Positions 39,315 through 51,798 of a stretch of 64,000 bases of DNA are shown here, piece by piece. Location of the stretch: positions 26,412,001 through 26,476,000 of the forward strand of contig OX597836.1 of assembly GCA_951406725.2 (NCBI GenBank), given 5' to 3'. The translations under genes were made by a program, and so were the position numbers. The notes under the pieces were generated by a model. It made no database searches, was not told the DNA's origin, and saw only the letters and a program-made list of their open reading frames with translations. The stretch comes from Octopus vulgaris (taxonomy: Eukaryota). Within the stretch, counting starts at the first letter, position 1. Every line of letters starts with the position of its first letter.

Positions 39315-39752
39315 GGTATTTTCGGTTTGAACGGCAGTTTTTTCTAGCGGTGTAATATGAAATTGTCACCCATAATTATGACCCTAGTATCGATCTATTG
39401 CATTTCAATCTGTTTTAGGGTTAGGGTTAGTTAGGATTAGGGTTAGGATTAAGGGTGGGGGGAAGGGTATCTTTTTTCTTCAGAAATGTAAATAAACCCA
39501 ATCTGTTTCTTAAACGAGGGACATATTCATACGGCACAGAATGTTTTCACCTCAATAGACGTCACTGATTGATTGAAATTGCAGAAATTGAAGAAAAAAA
39601 ACAACAAATATCTTACAAACTATAGAATTTTCTCAATAAAGCCAAGAGAAAAAGATGTTTTATAAACACATTCTACCAGTATACGAAGTTTAAAAGTGTT
39701 TAGTTACGTGGAAATTATTTTTAAAAAACTGCCGTTCAAACCAAAAAGATCC
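39315..39752. mobile_element. Second copy (opposite orientation) of the telomere-repeat MITE
   Basis: Highly similar to the reverse complement of 5120-5553. Flanks AATAAAGG/AATAAAGT. (TTAGGG)-like run at about 39415-39455. Confidence 0.88.
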
Positions 39753-40393
39753 AATAAAGTTATGTCGAATCGCCAATATCAGTGACGAATTGTGATTAAA
39801 TCTTAATTTTAAACTGATATCCTTGCTTGTTCGACGAAGTTTCCTTGACACTCAACGTTTATGATGTAAGGGACATAACCCAATCGCTGTTCGACCAAGT
39901 TTAATGATTAAGAGAGGATGACGTGGCCGAGGGGAGGAGAACTGCTTTCCAATTAATTTTTTTAAATAGGATTTAATTAAAGAATGATTCGATAAGCAGC
40001 AATAAGTGGAGGGCCACTTCCATTCTAAACAGGAATTAGCAACGTTAAAAGTAAATCCATTCGCGACACAGAAGTGTTTCTACGCTGGTGTCAATGTTTT
40101 AAATATCGGACCGAGAATGTGTCTGGACTGTTGACGAGGAAATTATGGATAAAATAATAAACAAGAATTGCATTTGTATCAAAGAAACGGTGACTGTAAT
40201 GACTGATTATGGTGGAGAGAAAATGCTGTAATTTAATAATTAGGCCAAAAAAATATCGAAAACACTGGTGGACGGAACTTGATAGTGTGTGTGTGTGTGT
40301 GTGAGAAGAAGATGGCCATGTTGGCTCTCTGCTACACATGCAGGCGTACAATCGCTTCTTCCTTGGGCTCTCGACTCTTAGTAAGAGTCATTG

Positions 40394-40582
40394 GACGTAA
40401 CTTCGGTATAGGTACCAGAAGTACCCGATACATTTCAAGAAAGTGTTTTTTTTTAATATATATATATAGGGGGGGGGGTAAGGTTAGGGTTTGTGTTAGG
40501 GTTAGGGTAGGGAGAAATGGGTTTCTGTTATCTTCAGAAATGTAAACAAATACACTTACGGTACCTATACCGAAGGATCGCC
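40394..40582. mobile_element. Short MITE with different TIRs but a related TTAGGG-containing core
   Basis: Inverted CTTCGGTATAGGTACC / GGTACCTATACCGAAG. Flanks AGTCATTG/GGTCATTG. Internal GGTTAGGG repeats followed by TCTTCAGAAATGTAAA. Confidence 0.75.
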
Positions 40583-40928
40583 GGTCATTGAAGTGCCGCT
40601 ATGACATAGGGCATGTCTTAAACAACAAAATGTGGTGGAAGCCATCCCTTCTTCAGGTTGGACCACAGCCGATGGATGTTTTGGGGAGAGAAAAAAAATA
40701 AAGAGAAAAAAAAAATCGACCTTAATATCGCCTGGACGGGTAATTCATCGATCTTGAGGAGATGAAAAGCAGACGAGTTGACTTCAGTCGGGTTTGAATA
40801 AAGGACACGGGGAACCAGAAAGAACATTAAAAGACTTCTCTCCAACGTTCCGACTGCCATTGCAAGCAGCAAGGAAAAGGGGACAGCGACGGTTGAAGGG
40901 AAATAACTCCTGCTAAACCCAGTCGTCA

Positions 40929-41443
40929 TCTTCTTTATATATAAAAGTGAAGTTGTGTGAGTGTCTGTCTCCAACGATTTAGATTCCTAACTACTCCCAC
41001 ATTGTGCGGTGCAGTTTAACCAAATTCGGGTATCTTATAGTCGTGATTCATATCGAGCCCGTCTGAGTATTAGCGCGCGCCTACGATGAGTCTACGATTT
41101 TAAAAATAATTTAACATCATTTTTTTCCATTTTAACGCATATTTTTTCGTGTGTCGATGGCGGCGGAGTTGGCGTCCACGCTCACGCCTGCACCTGTGTT
41201 GCTTCTCCCCCTTCTTCCCTCCCTCGTGAAGTTGTGGGGAAGGGAGTGTAAGGAAATCAACGTCGTAAAGCGTTGTCAAGGAGACCAGCGTTCTTTTAGA
41301 ACAACGACTTAATGGCTTGAAGACACCAAAACAGAAATGGCTAAGAAAGCCCGAATTGGCATCTATAAGGGAAATAACTCTCTAAAAATGCTTATATAGT
41401 TATTTCCCTTACAAACCCGAGCAACGCCGAGCGATACTGCTAG
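40929..41443 (+). mobile_element. Non-autonomous Helitron
   Basis: 5' TC..TATATATAAAAG start. 3' GC-rich hairpin (CCCGAGCAACGCCGAGCG) followed by CTAG. Inserted between A and T with no TSD. Confidence 0.7.
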
Positions 41444-42479
41444 TATAAAATAAAACTATTAAATCTGTTTGTATTAGGGTTCGCTGCAAGGGATCAACAA
41501 ATATCGGGACCCCACAAAGAACTTTTTGCAATCCCCCACCTCCATCTGCTTGTTAATGAGGAGACAGAACCAGAGTTTGCTCTCACATATAATTATTCTT
41601 TCTTCACCACGTTCAATGCTAACATAGTGTAATGTTGGACAGTTGCAAACAGTTTAAAAACCATCTTTTGTGAAACTCACAAATTCGTTTCGCCATTTAT
41701 TTACTCTCACTGATACATCACCTGGACAGCCTCCCGGCTTCGTCTTCTCGGAGAAATACTGGATTCATGGATTAACTACAATAATTAATTACTGCTGCAG
41801 CAAAGAGGAGGACAATAAATTCTATCACTGAAGCTGCAGAGAAGGCCACTAAGTGGCTTTGGATAAAGGGGGCAGATTACTTGTTTGCCACAACTAAGAT
41901 ACAAGTTTTTGACATTAGGCCGGCAATTTTAGGGAACGGACTGAGCCAAATACATTGACCCCCAGGGTTCAACTGGAGCCAATGTAGTCAAGCCTGAAAG
42001 TATGAAAGGCTATGATGACAACAGCAGCATTTGAACTCAAAATGTAAAGATCCTGAAATACCTATTTCTTTATTACCCACAAGGGGCTAAACACAGAGGG
42101 GACAAACAAGGACAGACATAGGTATTAAGTCGATTACATCGACCCCAGTGCGTAACTGGTACTTAATTTATCGACCCCGAAAGGATGAAAGGCAAAGTCG
42201 ACCTCGGCGGAATTTGAACTCACAACGTAACGCTAAGCATTTCGCCCGGCGTGCTAACGTTTCTGCCAGCTCGCCGCCTGAAATGCCATTAAGCATTTTT
42301 TCCGACACATTAACGATTCAACCAACTTGTTATCTTAATCCTGTCAGAAATATTAATTAAATTTTTTTTTTTATCTAGATTTTGTCATTGTTTTATTTGC
42401 TTGTTTTTTTTATGTGGGGGGGGTGCTTTTTGTTTTGTTTGTTTATTTGTTGTTGTTGTTGTTTTGTTTGCTTTGTTAC

Positions 42480-42641
42480 CTTTGCTTTCTTCAAACTCTC
42501 CATCATTTGGTCAATGTTCGATAAAGACTCGTCCTTTGCCGATTCCATTGACTGCAATTTCGAAATCAAATCGTTTATTTCTTGCTTTTGTTTCTTAGAC
42601 ACATCATCTTGAGAAACCAACTGATTCTGTAATTCCTGGAT
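42480..42641 (-). CDS. GOLGB1: Giantin-like exon (IQELQNQLV...LKKAK)
   Basis: ttccag acceptor, GTAACA donor, 162 nt, phase 0-0. Confidence 0.85.
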
Positions 42642-43371
42642 CTGGAAAACAACAGAAAAAGATACCCAAATATATTGAACCCAGAAAATAGACGTCACTA
42701 CTAATTATCAGCAAAAAAACATTCGTTTGATTAAATCTGGATAATCCTTACTTCATCCCAGTGGTAAGAATTTTACTTCTTTAATTCTTGGTGATGGCCT
42801 TGAGGTGGGGAAAAAGTCACACATTTCTACCTTATTTGTCTTTAAGCCTTTAGCATTCAGATTTCTCTGTCAAATGTAATTTTTATTTATTCTCATTGTT
42901 TTGAATTAATCCTGCTTTATCTCATAGCTTCAAGATTTCAATGATGTAGAGTGTTTAATTTTAAAATGACATTGTAAGACAGGTGCAACAGGCTGGATTT
43001 GGCAGGTTTGAACATAAAACAGAATATTTGGGACAGATATGGCTGATCTAAGTGCTAAAAGGTTCAAATCAATTACTCATTTACGAATCACAGGGATTAC
43101 ATCATAATTTATAATTAAGTAAACAGCAATAATAATAATAATAATAATAATCCTTTCTACTATAGGCACAAGGCCTGAAATTTTGGGGGAGGGGACTAGC
43201 TTATAACATAGACCTCAGTAATCAACTGGTACTAAATTTATCGACCCCCAAAAGGAAGAAATGCAAAGTTGACCTAGGTAAAATTTGAACTCAGAATGTA
43301 GTAGCAGACAAAATACCGCAAAGCATTTCACCCATCATGCTAACGCTTCTGCCAGCTCGCTGCCTTAGACC

Positions 43372-43408
<37 letters not shown>

Positions 43409-43514
43409 GGAGGAGGAGGTGGTGGTAGGGGAAGGTGGTGTTGTGGTTGCGGAGGATGGGAGGGGGAGGAATTAACATTTCTATTTCAGAATAAGAATTG
43501 AAGTTAGATTTCAC

Positions 43515-43633
43515 CATCAGTTGGAGTCTGGAGTTTTCTTCTTCAAATGCTATATTTGGCTGTTTTTCATATTCAATTTTCAGCTGGAGGTCACTGATCT
43601 GTTTCTGAAGAGCACCTCTGTCTTTATCTAAAG
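43515..43633 (-). CDS. GOLGB1: Giantin-like exon ([12 protein letters not shown]...RLQLM)
   Basis: tttgcag acceptor, GTGAAA donor, 119 nt, phase 1-0. Confidence 0.85.
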
Positions 43634-43667
43634 CTGCAAAAAAAACAGAAAATTTATGTATATTTTT

Positions 43668-44345
<678 letters not shown>

Positions 44346-45141
44346 AGGCCAAACAAAAAATGGTTTGCATAAACGAATGGCCCTGCACAGATCCCAGATA
44401 AAAATTCCCCAAAACAGAAAAATAGCTTTTAGCCAACACATAGATACTTGCGCCAACAAAAAAACACCAAACTTCAGAATTTTCCCCCTCTACCAATTTA
44501 GGGACGATACAACCTCGAGACAATGAATAAGTAAAGAAAATCTCTTTATTATAAAATACAGGCCACTTCTTAATGGGTCTAGACAAACAATTAATATACC
44601 TCAACTTAAGAATAAAAGAAATATATATACACACACAAATATTACATTCCATAGAATCCATTACTAATCGCCCCATCACAGCTATATCTTCACCCATTCA
44701 TATTCTCCCTTCTCTGTTTTTTTCTTCTTCTTCCTCTTCTTCTTCTTCATCATCATCATTATCATCATCATCATCGTCGTCATCGTCATCACCACCATCA
44801 TCATCGTCATCTTCTCCTTCTCCTTCTTCTTCTTCATCGTCATCATCATCGGCACCGTCATCTTCTTCTTCTTCTTCTACTTCTCCACCCTCTACCCCTT
44901 AACCTTGTCACTAATGTCTTTAAGTATAACGCCTACGCAGCAACTGCCGGTCGCCACTGACCAGCCCAGATTTTCCCACTCCCACCCCCTCAAGAACTCA
45001 CAACGACCTCGAATACACAAGTGCAAACAAGGGAGTCAGAGAAAGGCAGAATGCCACCTATATCTGAACACTACTATGGAAGTATTCCTTTAAAAAAACC
45101 TTTCTTCTAATTTTTCTAAATTTTTCTAAATTTAATTATTT

Positions 45142-45194
45142 AATCGTTACAGTTGAAAAGGTCTCAAAATGACCGAAACCGGTACTGAAAGATT
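45142..45194 (+). ncRNA. Minimal hammerhead ribozyme motif with U3-A8 core
   Basis: Stem I CAG/CTG (extendable), core TTGAAAA at 45153-45159, stem II GGTC-TCAAAAT-GACC, GAAA, palindromic ACCGGT stem III, GUA triplet ending 45184. Confidence 0.7.
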
Positions 45195-46045
45195 CACTAT
45201 AAAATCATCTTAGCATTTTCTATTTTTGACTTGTTTTTTCATATATATATATATATATATATATATCGCATATATTTATATGTGTATATTGATTGAATTG
45301 TAACAGCTGGAGGGTCATTGACAGAAATGTCTCAATGACACTCCAGCTGTTACAATCCACTCAATATACACACACACACACACTCACACATGCATCTGTG
45401 TGTATATGTGTATATATATATGTGTGTGTGTGTGTATATGTGTATGTATATATATATGTATGTATATATATACAACAAATACCAGCATGAAAAACAGATG
45501 GAGGATGATGATGATGATGGTGGTAGTGGTGGTGGTGGTGTTGGTGGTGATGACTATACATGTACATGGCACATAAAAAACACCTGTCAAGTGTTGGGTC
45601 TCATGAAGGCAACTGGCACCCATACTGGTGGCATGTGAAAAGCACCTGTTGAGCTTTGGGCCTCACAGCGGTAATGTGGCTGATGCCAGTGTTGCATACC
45701 TGGCAGCTGTGCTGATGACACGTAAAAAGCAACTTTAGAGTGTTGGGCCTCACAGAGCCAATGACAAATGACCGAGAACTTCAGCAATATGCTCTGCTTG
45801 AGAAGAAGCGCCATCTAGCCAAATGAAATCGTAGTCATGGCAGATACTGGTGTCGCATAACTGGCACCCATGCCAGTGGCATGTAAAAGCACCCATTACA
45901 CACTCGGAGTGGTTGGCACTAGGAAGAGCATCCAGCTGTAGAAACCATGCTAAATCAGACTGGAATCTAGTGCAGCCCCTCAGCTTACCAGCCCTGGTCA
46001 AACCATCCAACCCATGCCAGCATGGACAACAAATGTTAAATGATG

Positions 46046-46083
<38 letters not shown>

Positions 46084-46572
46084 TATATTCTGAGATCCCC
46101 TTCGGTCACAACACTTACCAAGGGATTGCACCTAGAATGTTACCCTCCTAGGCACAAGTCCGGGCAAGGTTGTTTTATGGAAGACCAACAGTCACCCATG
46201 CATACCAGCCTCCCCTCTCCATGCCACCGGTGTTATCCAAGGGAAAGGCAGAGGTTTCTACAGCTGAGTGAACTGGAGCAACTTGAAATAAAGTGTCTTG
46301 CTCAAGAACACAACACACAGCCTGGTCCGGGATTCGAACTCACAACCTCACAATCGTAAGCTCGACGCTCTAACCACTGAGCCATGCACCTTCACATATA
46401 TATATATATCTGTACAAACATATATACATATGTACAAATATACATATATACATATATATATCATCATACAATAGTGCATAATCTTGTTGTTTTTTCTTTT
46501 GTTTTAGTAGATTAATTAAAAGATGAAGGTAGGTCGTTAACGGCGAAAGAGAAAGAAACAGAATCAATATAC

Positions 46573-46723
46573 CATCTTTGATCTCTTCTAGTTCAGAGTT
46601 CCGTATCTCTAAACCGACTTTCTCCCCTTCCAGTTTGGTCGCTAATTCACTCCTGTCAACCAGATGCTTCTGAAGCTGTTCAACTGCCGCATCCGAAGCA
46701 TGGATCTGGGCTTTGAGACCCTC
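46573..46723 (-). CDS. GOLGB1: Giantin-like exon (EGLKAQIHASDAAVEQL...EEIKD)
   Basis: tag acceptor, GT donor, 151 nt, phase 0-1. Not in the ORF track. Confidence 0.85.
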
Positions 46724-47017
46724 CTATTGAAAAACAAACAAACAAAATTGATTAAGAAATATTTTTAAAAGAGCAAAACGAAAATGCTTCTACAATCTTC
46801 ATTCAGAGCTTTGGCTTTACTTAATATAAGAAAGGCATGAGCACTACTACATCACTCTCTCCTTCTTCTGATATCAATTTTCTCACCCATTCAGTTTTTA
46901 TTTTCTATTTATTGGTCCATATATATTTTTTTTTAATGTCAATAAAAGGACCAATAGATAGATCAAAAATAGTCTATAGAAGTCAAAACAAGAAAAGAAC
47001 AAAAACTATAACAAAAT

Positions 47018-47256
47018 ATGTGAGGTATACTTGCCATCTCAATATGGCTAACCAGGAGAACATCGTCTCCAGCTGGCTTTAGGCACACTTTCTGTGCCCT
47101 TATGGTATTTGCAAAGGGAGGTCATCTGCAAATACCATAAGGGCACAGAAAGTGTGCCTAAAGCCAGCTGGAGACGATGTTCTCCTGGGGCTACAAGCTA
47201 CAGTAACACCCACCCTTAGTAGTTAGCCATATTGAGATGGCAAGTATACCTCACAT
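47018..47256. repeat. Inverted repeat: 62-bp inner stem plus 35-bp outer stem with a 33-nt asymmetric bulge
   Basis: 47052-47113 pairs with 47127-47188, and 47018-47052 pairs with 47222-47256. No mismatches seen. Confidence 0.95.
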
Positions 47257-47362
47257 TGTCGTGCAGTTACTGTTTATACCTCGTTCAGAGATTTATTATG
47301 GCTTATAACAAAATAATAATAAAAGAACAAATATACGGTGCTCAATGAAACCCGTGACTCAC

Positions 47363-47533
47363 AATTTCAATTTGGCCATTCAACAGTCCAGCTTCCATAT
47401 TAGACGTCTTCTCCATCTCTAAACGAAGTTTTTCCGACAGTTCGGTACATTTTTGTTGCAGTTCTGACAGCAATAACTTATCTTCAACAGAATGAGCGAC
47501 CACAATCTCACCATCGGCAAACGGATTCATATT
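47363..47533 (-). CDS. GOLGB1: Giantin-like exon (NMNPFADGE...GQIEI)
   Basis: cag acceptor, GTGAGT donor, 171 nt, phase 0-0. Confidence 0.85.
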
Positions 47534-47620
47534 CTGTGGAAAATATCAAATATATAGTTTTTGTATTCATGACTATATAAGTGTGTGTGTGTATAGTAGT
47601 GTAGATATATTGCTCTATCC

Positions 47621-47916
47621 CAATGTTTCTCAACCTTTTTACCCTTACATAACCCTTAAAATAAATTACATGTGTCAAAGAACCCCTGCATAAAAAAAAT
47701 TATATACCATATCTGTTTTATATATTTTTCATTGTAGTTCATTTGGTAAATATCATATACTATTTATTGTTTATGTATTTTATTGATTTTCAGAATAAGG
47801 TTTTTATAGTATGTTTTCTATATGGTGTGAATGATGTCTTTCACTATTGAATTGTTCAATAGAGGTTTTTCTCTAAATTATATACATACATACATATATA
47901 TATAGATAGATAGATA

Positions 47917-47957
<41 letters not shown>

Positions 47958-48280
47958 TAAATTAGAGATAAAACCACTATTAGGCAACTCAAACAGTTAT
48001 AGACATAAACCAAAACATAAAAAACAAAAAACAAATATAATTAATATGATATACAATATATATATAAAATATAAAATTTAGAATTTAAATTATTAAAATT
48101 TGAAATTTTTAAATTTATATTTATAAATTTTCATATTTTTATATTTTTAAATCTTTAAACTTTTTTTTAAACTTTTTTTTTATCTAACCAAAAAGTATAA
48201 AAAAGTTAAATATAATATAAGTTAAATTTGATTTAATCCTAAATCTAATTTTTCCCTGTAAGTTTGGATATACAACCTAA

Positions 48281-48364
<84 letters not shown>

Positions 48365-48566
48365 TGTTATATTTTTTGATAACCTAATAGGTTAGATAGG
48401 ATGATGTCTGTATTACAATATTACAATAACCAACAATATGTTGTGTATGTATAGTCATATTACGATCATAAAATTAGCAATAGCCTATCTCACTCTTTCT
48501 CACGGGACCCCTAGGGACCTTTTGCAGAACCCCAAGGTTCTGGGGAACCCCGGTTGAGAAACGCTG
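47621..48566. mobile_element. hAT-like MITE with nested (TA)n-flanked insert
   Basis: TIRs CAATGTTTCTCAACC / GGTTGAGAAACGCTG, subterminal GAACCCC motifs, degenerate 8-bp flanks. Confidence 0.6.
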
Positions 48567-48906
48567 CCCTCTCCTCTTCTCTCTGTCTCTCTTTCCAGAT
48601 GAGGAAGTTATTCACCTTCAGCAAGACACCAGCTCCTGTCCGTCTATCATACTTTCATATCCTTCAATACTCTACCCGCCCTACACCCCCGTTCAGCTGA
48701 GGGGTCTGGCAGGTATTTAGTGATTTCACCTGTGATGTTGCCACAAAAGAAAAAGAAGCACCCAGTACACTCTGTAAAGTGCTTGGCATTAAGAAAGAAA
48801 TCTGGATGTAGAAACTGTGGCAAAGGAGACAATGGACGATGGCACAGCCCTCTGACTCATTGGTTCGTATTGAACCAGCCACCTCATGCCAGCAGGGAAA
48901 ATGATG

Positions 48907-48910
<4 letters not shown>

Positions 48911-48942
<32 letters not shown>

Positions 48943-49795
48943 GGGGAGAGAGAGAGAGATGAGGGGAGAGAGAGAGAGATGAGGGGAGAGAGAGAGAGAT
49001 GAGGGAAGAGAGAGAGATGAGGAAAGAAAGAGATGAGGAAAGAGAGAGAGAGATGAGTGGAGAGAGAGAGAGATGAGGGGAGAGAGAGAGATGAGAGGAG
49101 AGAGAGATGAGGGGAGAGAGAGAGAGATGAGGGGAGAGAGAGATGAGAGGAGAGAGAGAGATGAGGGGAGAGAGAGATGAGGGGAGAGAGAGAGATGAGG
49201 GAAGAGAGAGAGATGAGGGGAGAAAGAGAGATGAGGGGAGAGAGAGAGATGAGGGGAGAGAGAGAGAGATGAGGGGAGAGAGAGAGAGATGAGGGGAGAG
49301 AGAGAGATGAGGGGAGAGAGAGAGAGATGAGGGGAGAGAGAGAGAGATGAGGGGAGAGAGAGAGATGAGGGGAGAAAGAGAGAGATGAAGGGAGAGAGAG
49401 ATGAGGGAAGAGAGAGAGAGAGAGATGAGGAGGAGAGAGAGAGAGAGAGAGAGATGAGGGGAGAGAGAGATGAGAGGAGAGAGAGAGATGAGGGGAGAGA
49501 GAGATGAGGGGAGAGAGAGAGAGATGAGGGAAGAGAGAGAGAGAGATGAGGGAAGAGAGAGAGAGATGAGGGGAGAGAGAGAGAGATGAGGGAAAAGAGA
49601 AAGAGATGAGGGGAGAGAGAGAGAGATGAGGGAGAGAGAGAGAGATGAGGGGAGAGAGATGAGGGGAGAGAGAGATGAGGGGAGAGAGAGATGAGGGGAG
49701 AGAGAGAGATGAAGGGAGAGAGAGAGAGATGAGGGAAGAGAGAGAGAGATGAGAGGAGAGAGAGAGAGAGATGAGGAGAGAGAGAGGGGGGCGAG
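48911..49795. repeat. Polypurine compound satellite ATGAGGG(GA)n
   Basis: ~880 bp of nearly pure purines with a periodic T. Confidence 0.95.
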
Positions 49796-50150
49796 ACAGA
49801 GCTATATATTATCAACATCATCCTCATCATTTAACATCTGTTGTCCATGCTGGCACGGTTTGGATGGTTTGACTGGAAGAGGCAAGCTGGGGAGCTTGCA
49901 CCAGGCTCCAGTCTGGTTTGCTATGGTTCCTATGGCTGGATGCCCTTCCTAACACCAACCACTTTACAGACTGTGGGTGGTTGCTTTTACATGGCACCAC
50001 TTGGGTGCTTTTACATGGTGCCGCACGGGCAATTTTATGTTTGAGAAACAGGTACCGGTTAGAGACCAAAGGTGTATCCAGCATCCCAGATGACATACAA
50101 TATCTATCAAGAGACATTAAACTAGTAGTAGTAGTAGTAGTAGTAGTAGC

Positions 50151-50192
<42 letters not shown>

Positions 50193-50223
50193 GGTGGTGG
50201 TGGTGGTGGTGGTGGTGGTAGTG

Positions 50224-50280
<57 letters not shown>

Positions 50281-50369
50281 AACTGAAGATGCCCCCCCCC
50301 TTCTTTCTAAAAATGAAGTCAGTTGGTGGGGGGAGCATCTTCAGTGTTGTAATGTTTGTAAACACTGAC

Positions 50370-50515
50370 CTGCTCCGTCTCTAATGTTGACGCCCTCTCT
50401 CGAAGAGACAAAACTTCCTGTTGAGCATCTTTCAGCTGTCCTTCTAGTAACTGTACATGGTTCTGCAGTCCTCTGTTGTGCCGATCAGCTTCAGCCAGTT
50501 GCGTCTTCATTTCCT
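50370..50515 (-). CDS. GOLGB1: Giantin-like exon (EEMKTQLAEADRH...LETEQ)
   Basis: AG/GT bounded, 146 nt, phase 1-0. Confidence 0.85.
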
Positions 50516-50683
50516 CTGTTAATTAATACAAACATAAAACATTAATCATATAATAGATAGATAGATAGACAGATAGATAGATAAATAAACGTGTGTGTGT
50601 CTGTATAATGTATATATGCATTGTATATTATATATCTATATATATATATATTTTTATTTTCTCTCTCTCCTTATTTCTGTGTT

Positions 50684-50722
50684 CCTGTCTGTTGAAGAGC
50701 ATAGGCTCGAAACGTAAAAGAC
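50684..50722 (+). ncRNA. Second copy of the CUGUYGA-A hammerhead-like motif
   Basis: CTGTTGA-A-GAGC(ATAG)GCTC-GAAA-CG-TA-AAAGA. The surrounding 50655-50825 is homologous to 22760-22935 and lies between TA tracts. Confidence 0.5.
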
Positions 50723-50847
50723 TTTCTCACTTGCCGAGCATTAAACTAATACATCTGGTTGTAGTTTACATACCTGTCTTCGTCTTTTGTTTTGTTTGGT
50801 TGTTTTTTTTGTAAATTACAACTATATATACATTTGTAAACAATACA

Positions 50848-50896
<49 letters not shown>

Positions 50897-50919
50897 CATA
50901 TACATATATATTGCATATA

Positions 50920-51798
50920 CAGGGTGTGGTGAATAAATTGTCGTCTAAATTAAACAAAAATGAAAATAACACTGACATCTCATCTTGGATATTACATAAA
51001 AATATCTTGAAATACTAAAGAGTAAATTTATTCAATAAAATTGCCATTGGCTTCAACCATGGCCTCCAGATGACTTTGGAGTCTCCTGCAACTTTTCTTG
51101 ATGGTATCCTTGTTTGAATTGGTGAATGCTGCCATAATCCTTGCCTTCATTTCATCTTCAGTGTTACAAGGAGTTTTTTTGGTCTCTCGCTCAACTGTGT
51201 CCCACGCATAATAATGATGGGGGTTGCAGTATGGAGAGTTAGGTGGCCAAATGTTAGGGGTAATGTGGTTATAGATGTTGTCTGACAACCATGATTGGGT
51301 ATTCCTGCTTGTGTTGAATGGTGCAGAGTCCTGTTGCCAAACATAAGGTCTTCCAGCAGCCACCCTCTTGACCCAGAGCAGCACACCTCCTCCAGGTACT
51401 CGAAGTAGGTTCCATGTTGAGTCTGAGGCCATGTGAGAAGATGAATAGAGGCATAACATAGACATTACTAGTGATCACTCCAAACACCATGATGTTGACT
51501 GGATATCTGAGTTTTATCACTCTCGGTACATGTCTTGGCGACACGGCAAACACTCAGACTGACACCCAAACACTCTGAAATGTTCATATTGGAACTCCTG
51601 ACGCAAATGCCAAGTAGTTCAGTATGTCATTTCCAAATTTCTGGCAGAGTGAATTGTGTCATAGTGCTCTTTTTTTTTTCTCACAGACAGTGCCCAACTG
51701 ACCCTACTATACTGTGTAGAAGATAAAATAAAAAACAAACAACGCGCATGCGCAAAATTGAATATATAAAATGACAACAATTTACCCATCGCACTCTG
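50920..51798 (-). mobile_element. Internally deleted Tc1/mariner-superfamily transposon, DD37D (maT)-type
   Basis: Imperfect ~26-bp TIRs (CAGGGTGTGGTGAATAAATTGTCGTC / GACAACAATTTACCCATCGCACTCTG) with TA on both sides. Frameshifted transposase MVFGVITS..WQQDSAP..WPPNSPYCNPHHYYAW, with 37 residues between the second D and the mutated third position. Confidence 0.88.

Noticed and set aside
47187-47275. Possible HDV-like ribozyme (ACAGTAAC/GTTACTGT pairing)
   Set aside because: P1, P3 and P1.1 could not be fitted consistently by eye.
48664-49830. 388-aa Ser/Leu/Pro ORF
   Set aside because: Translation of the GA-rich satellite.
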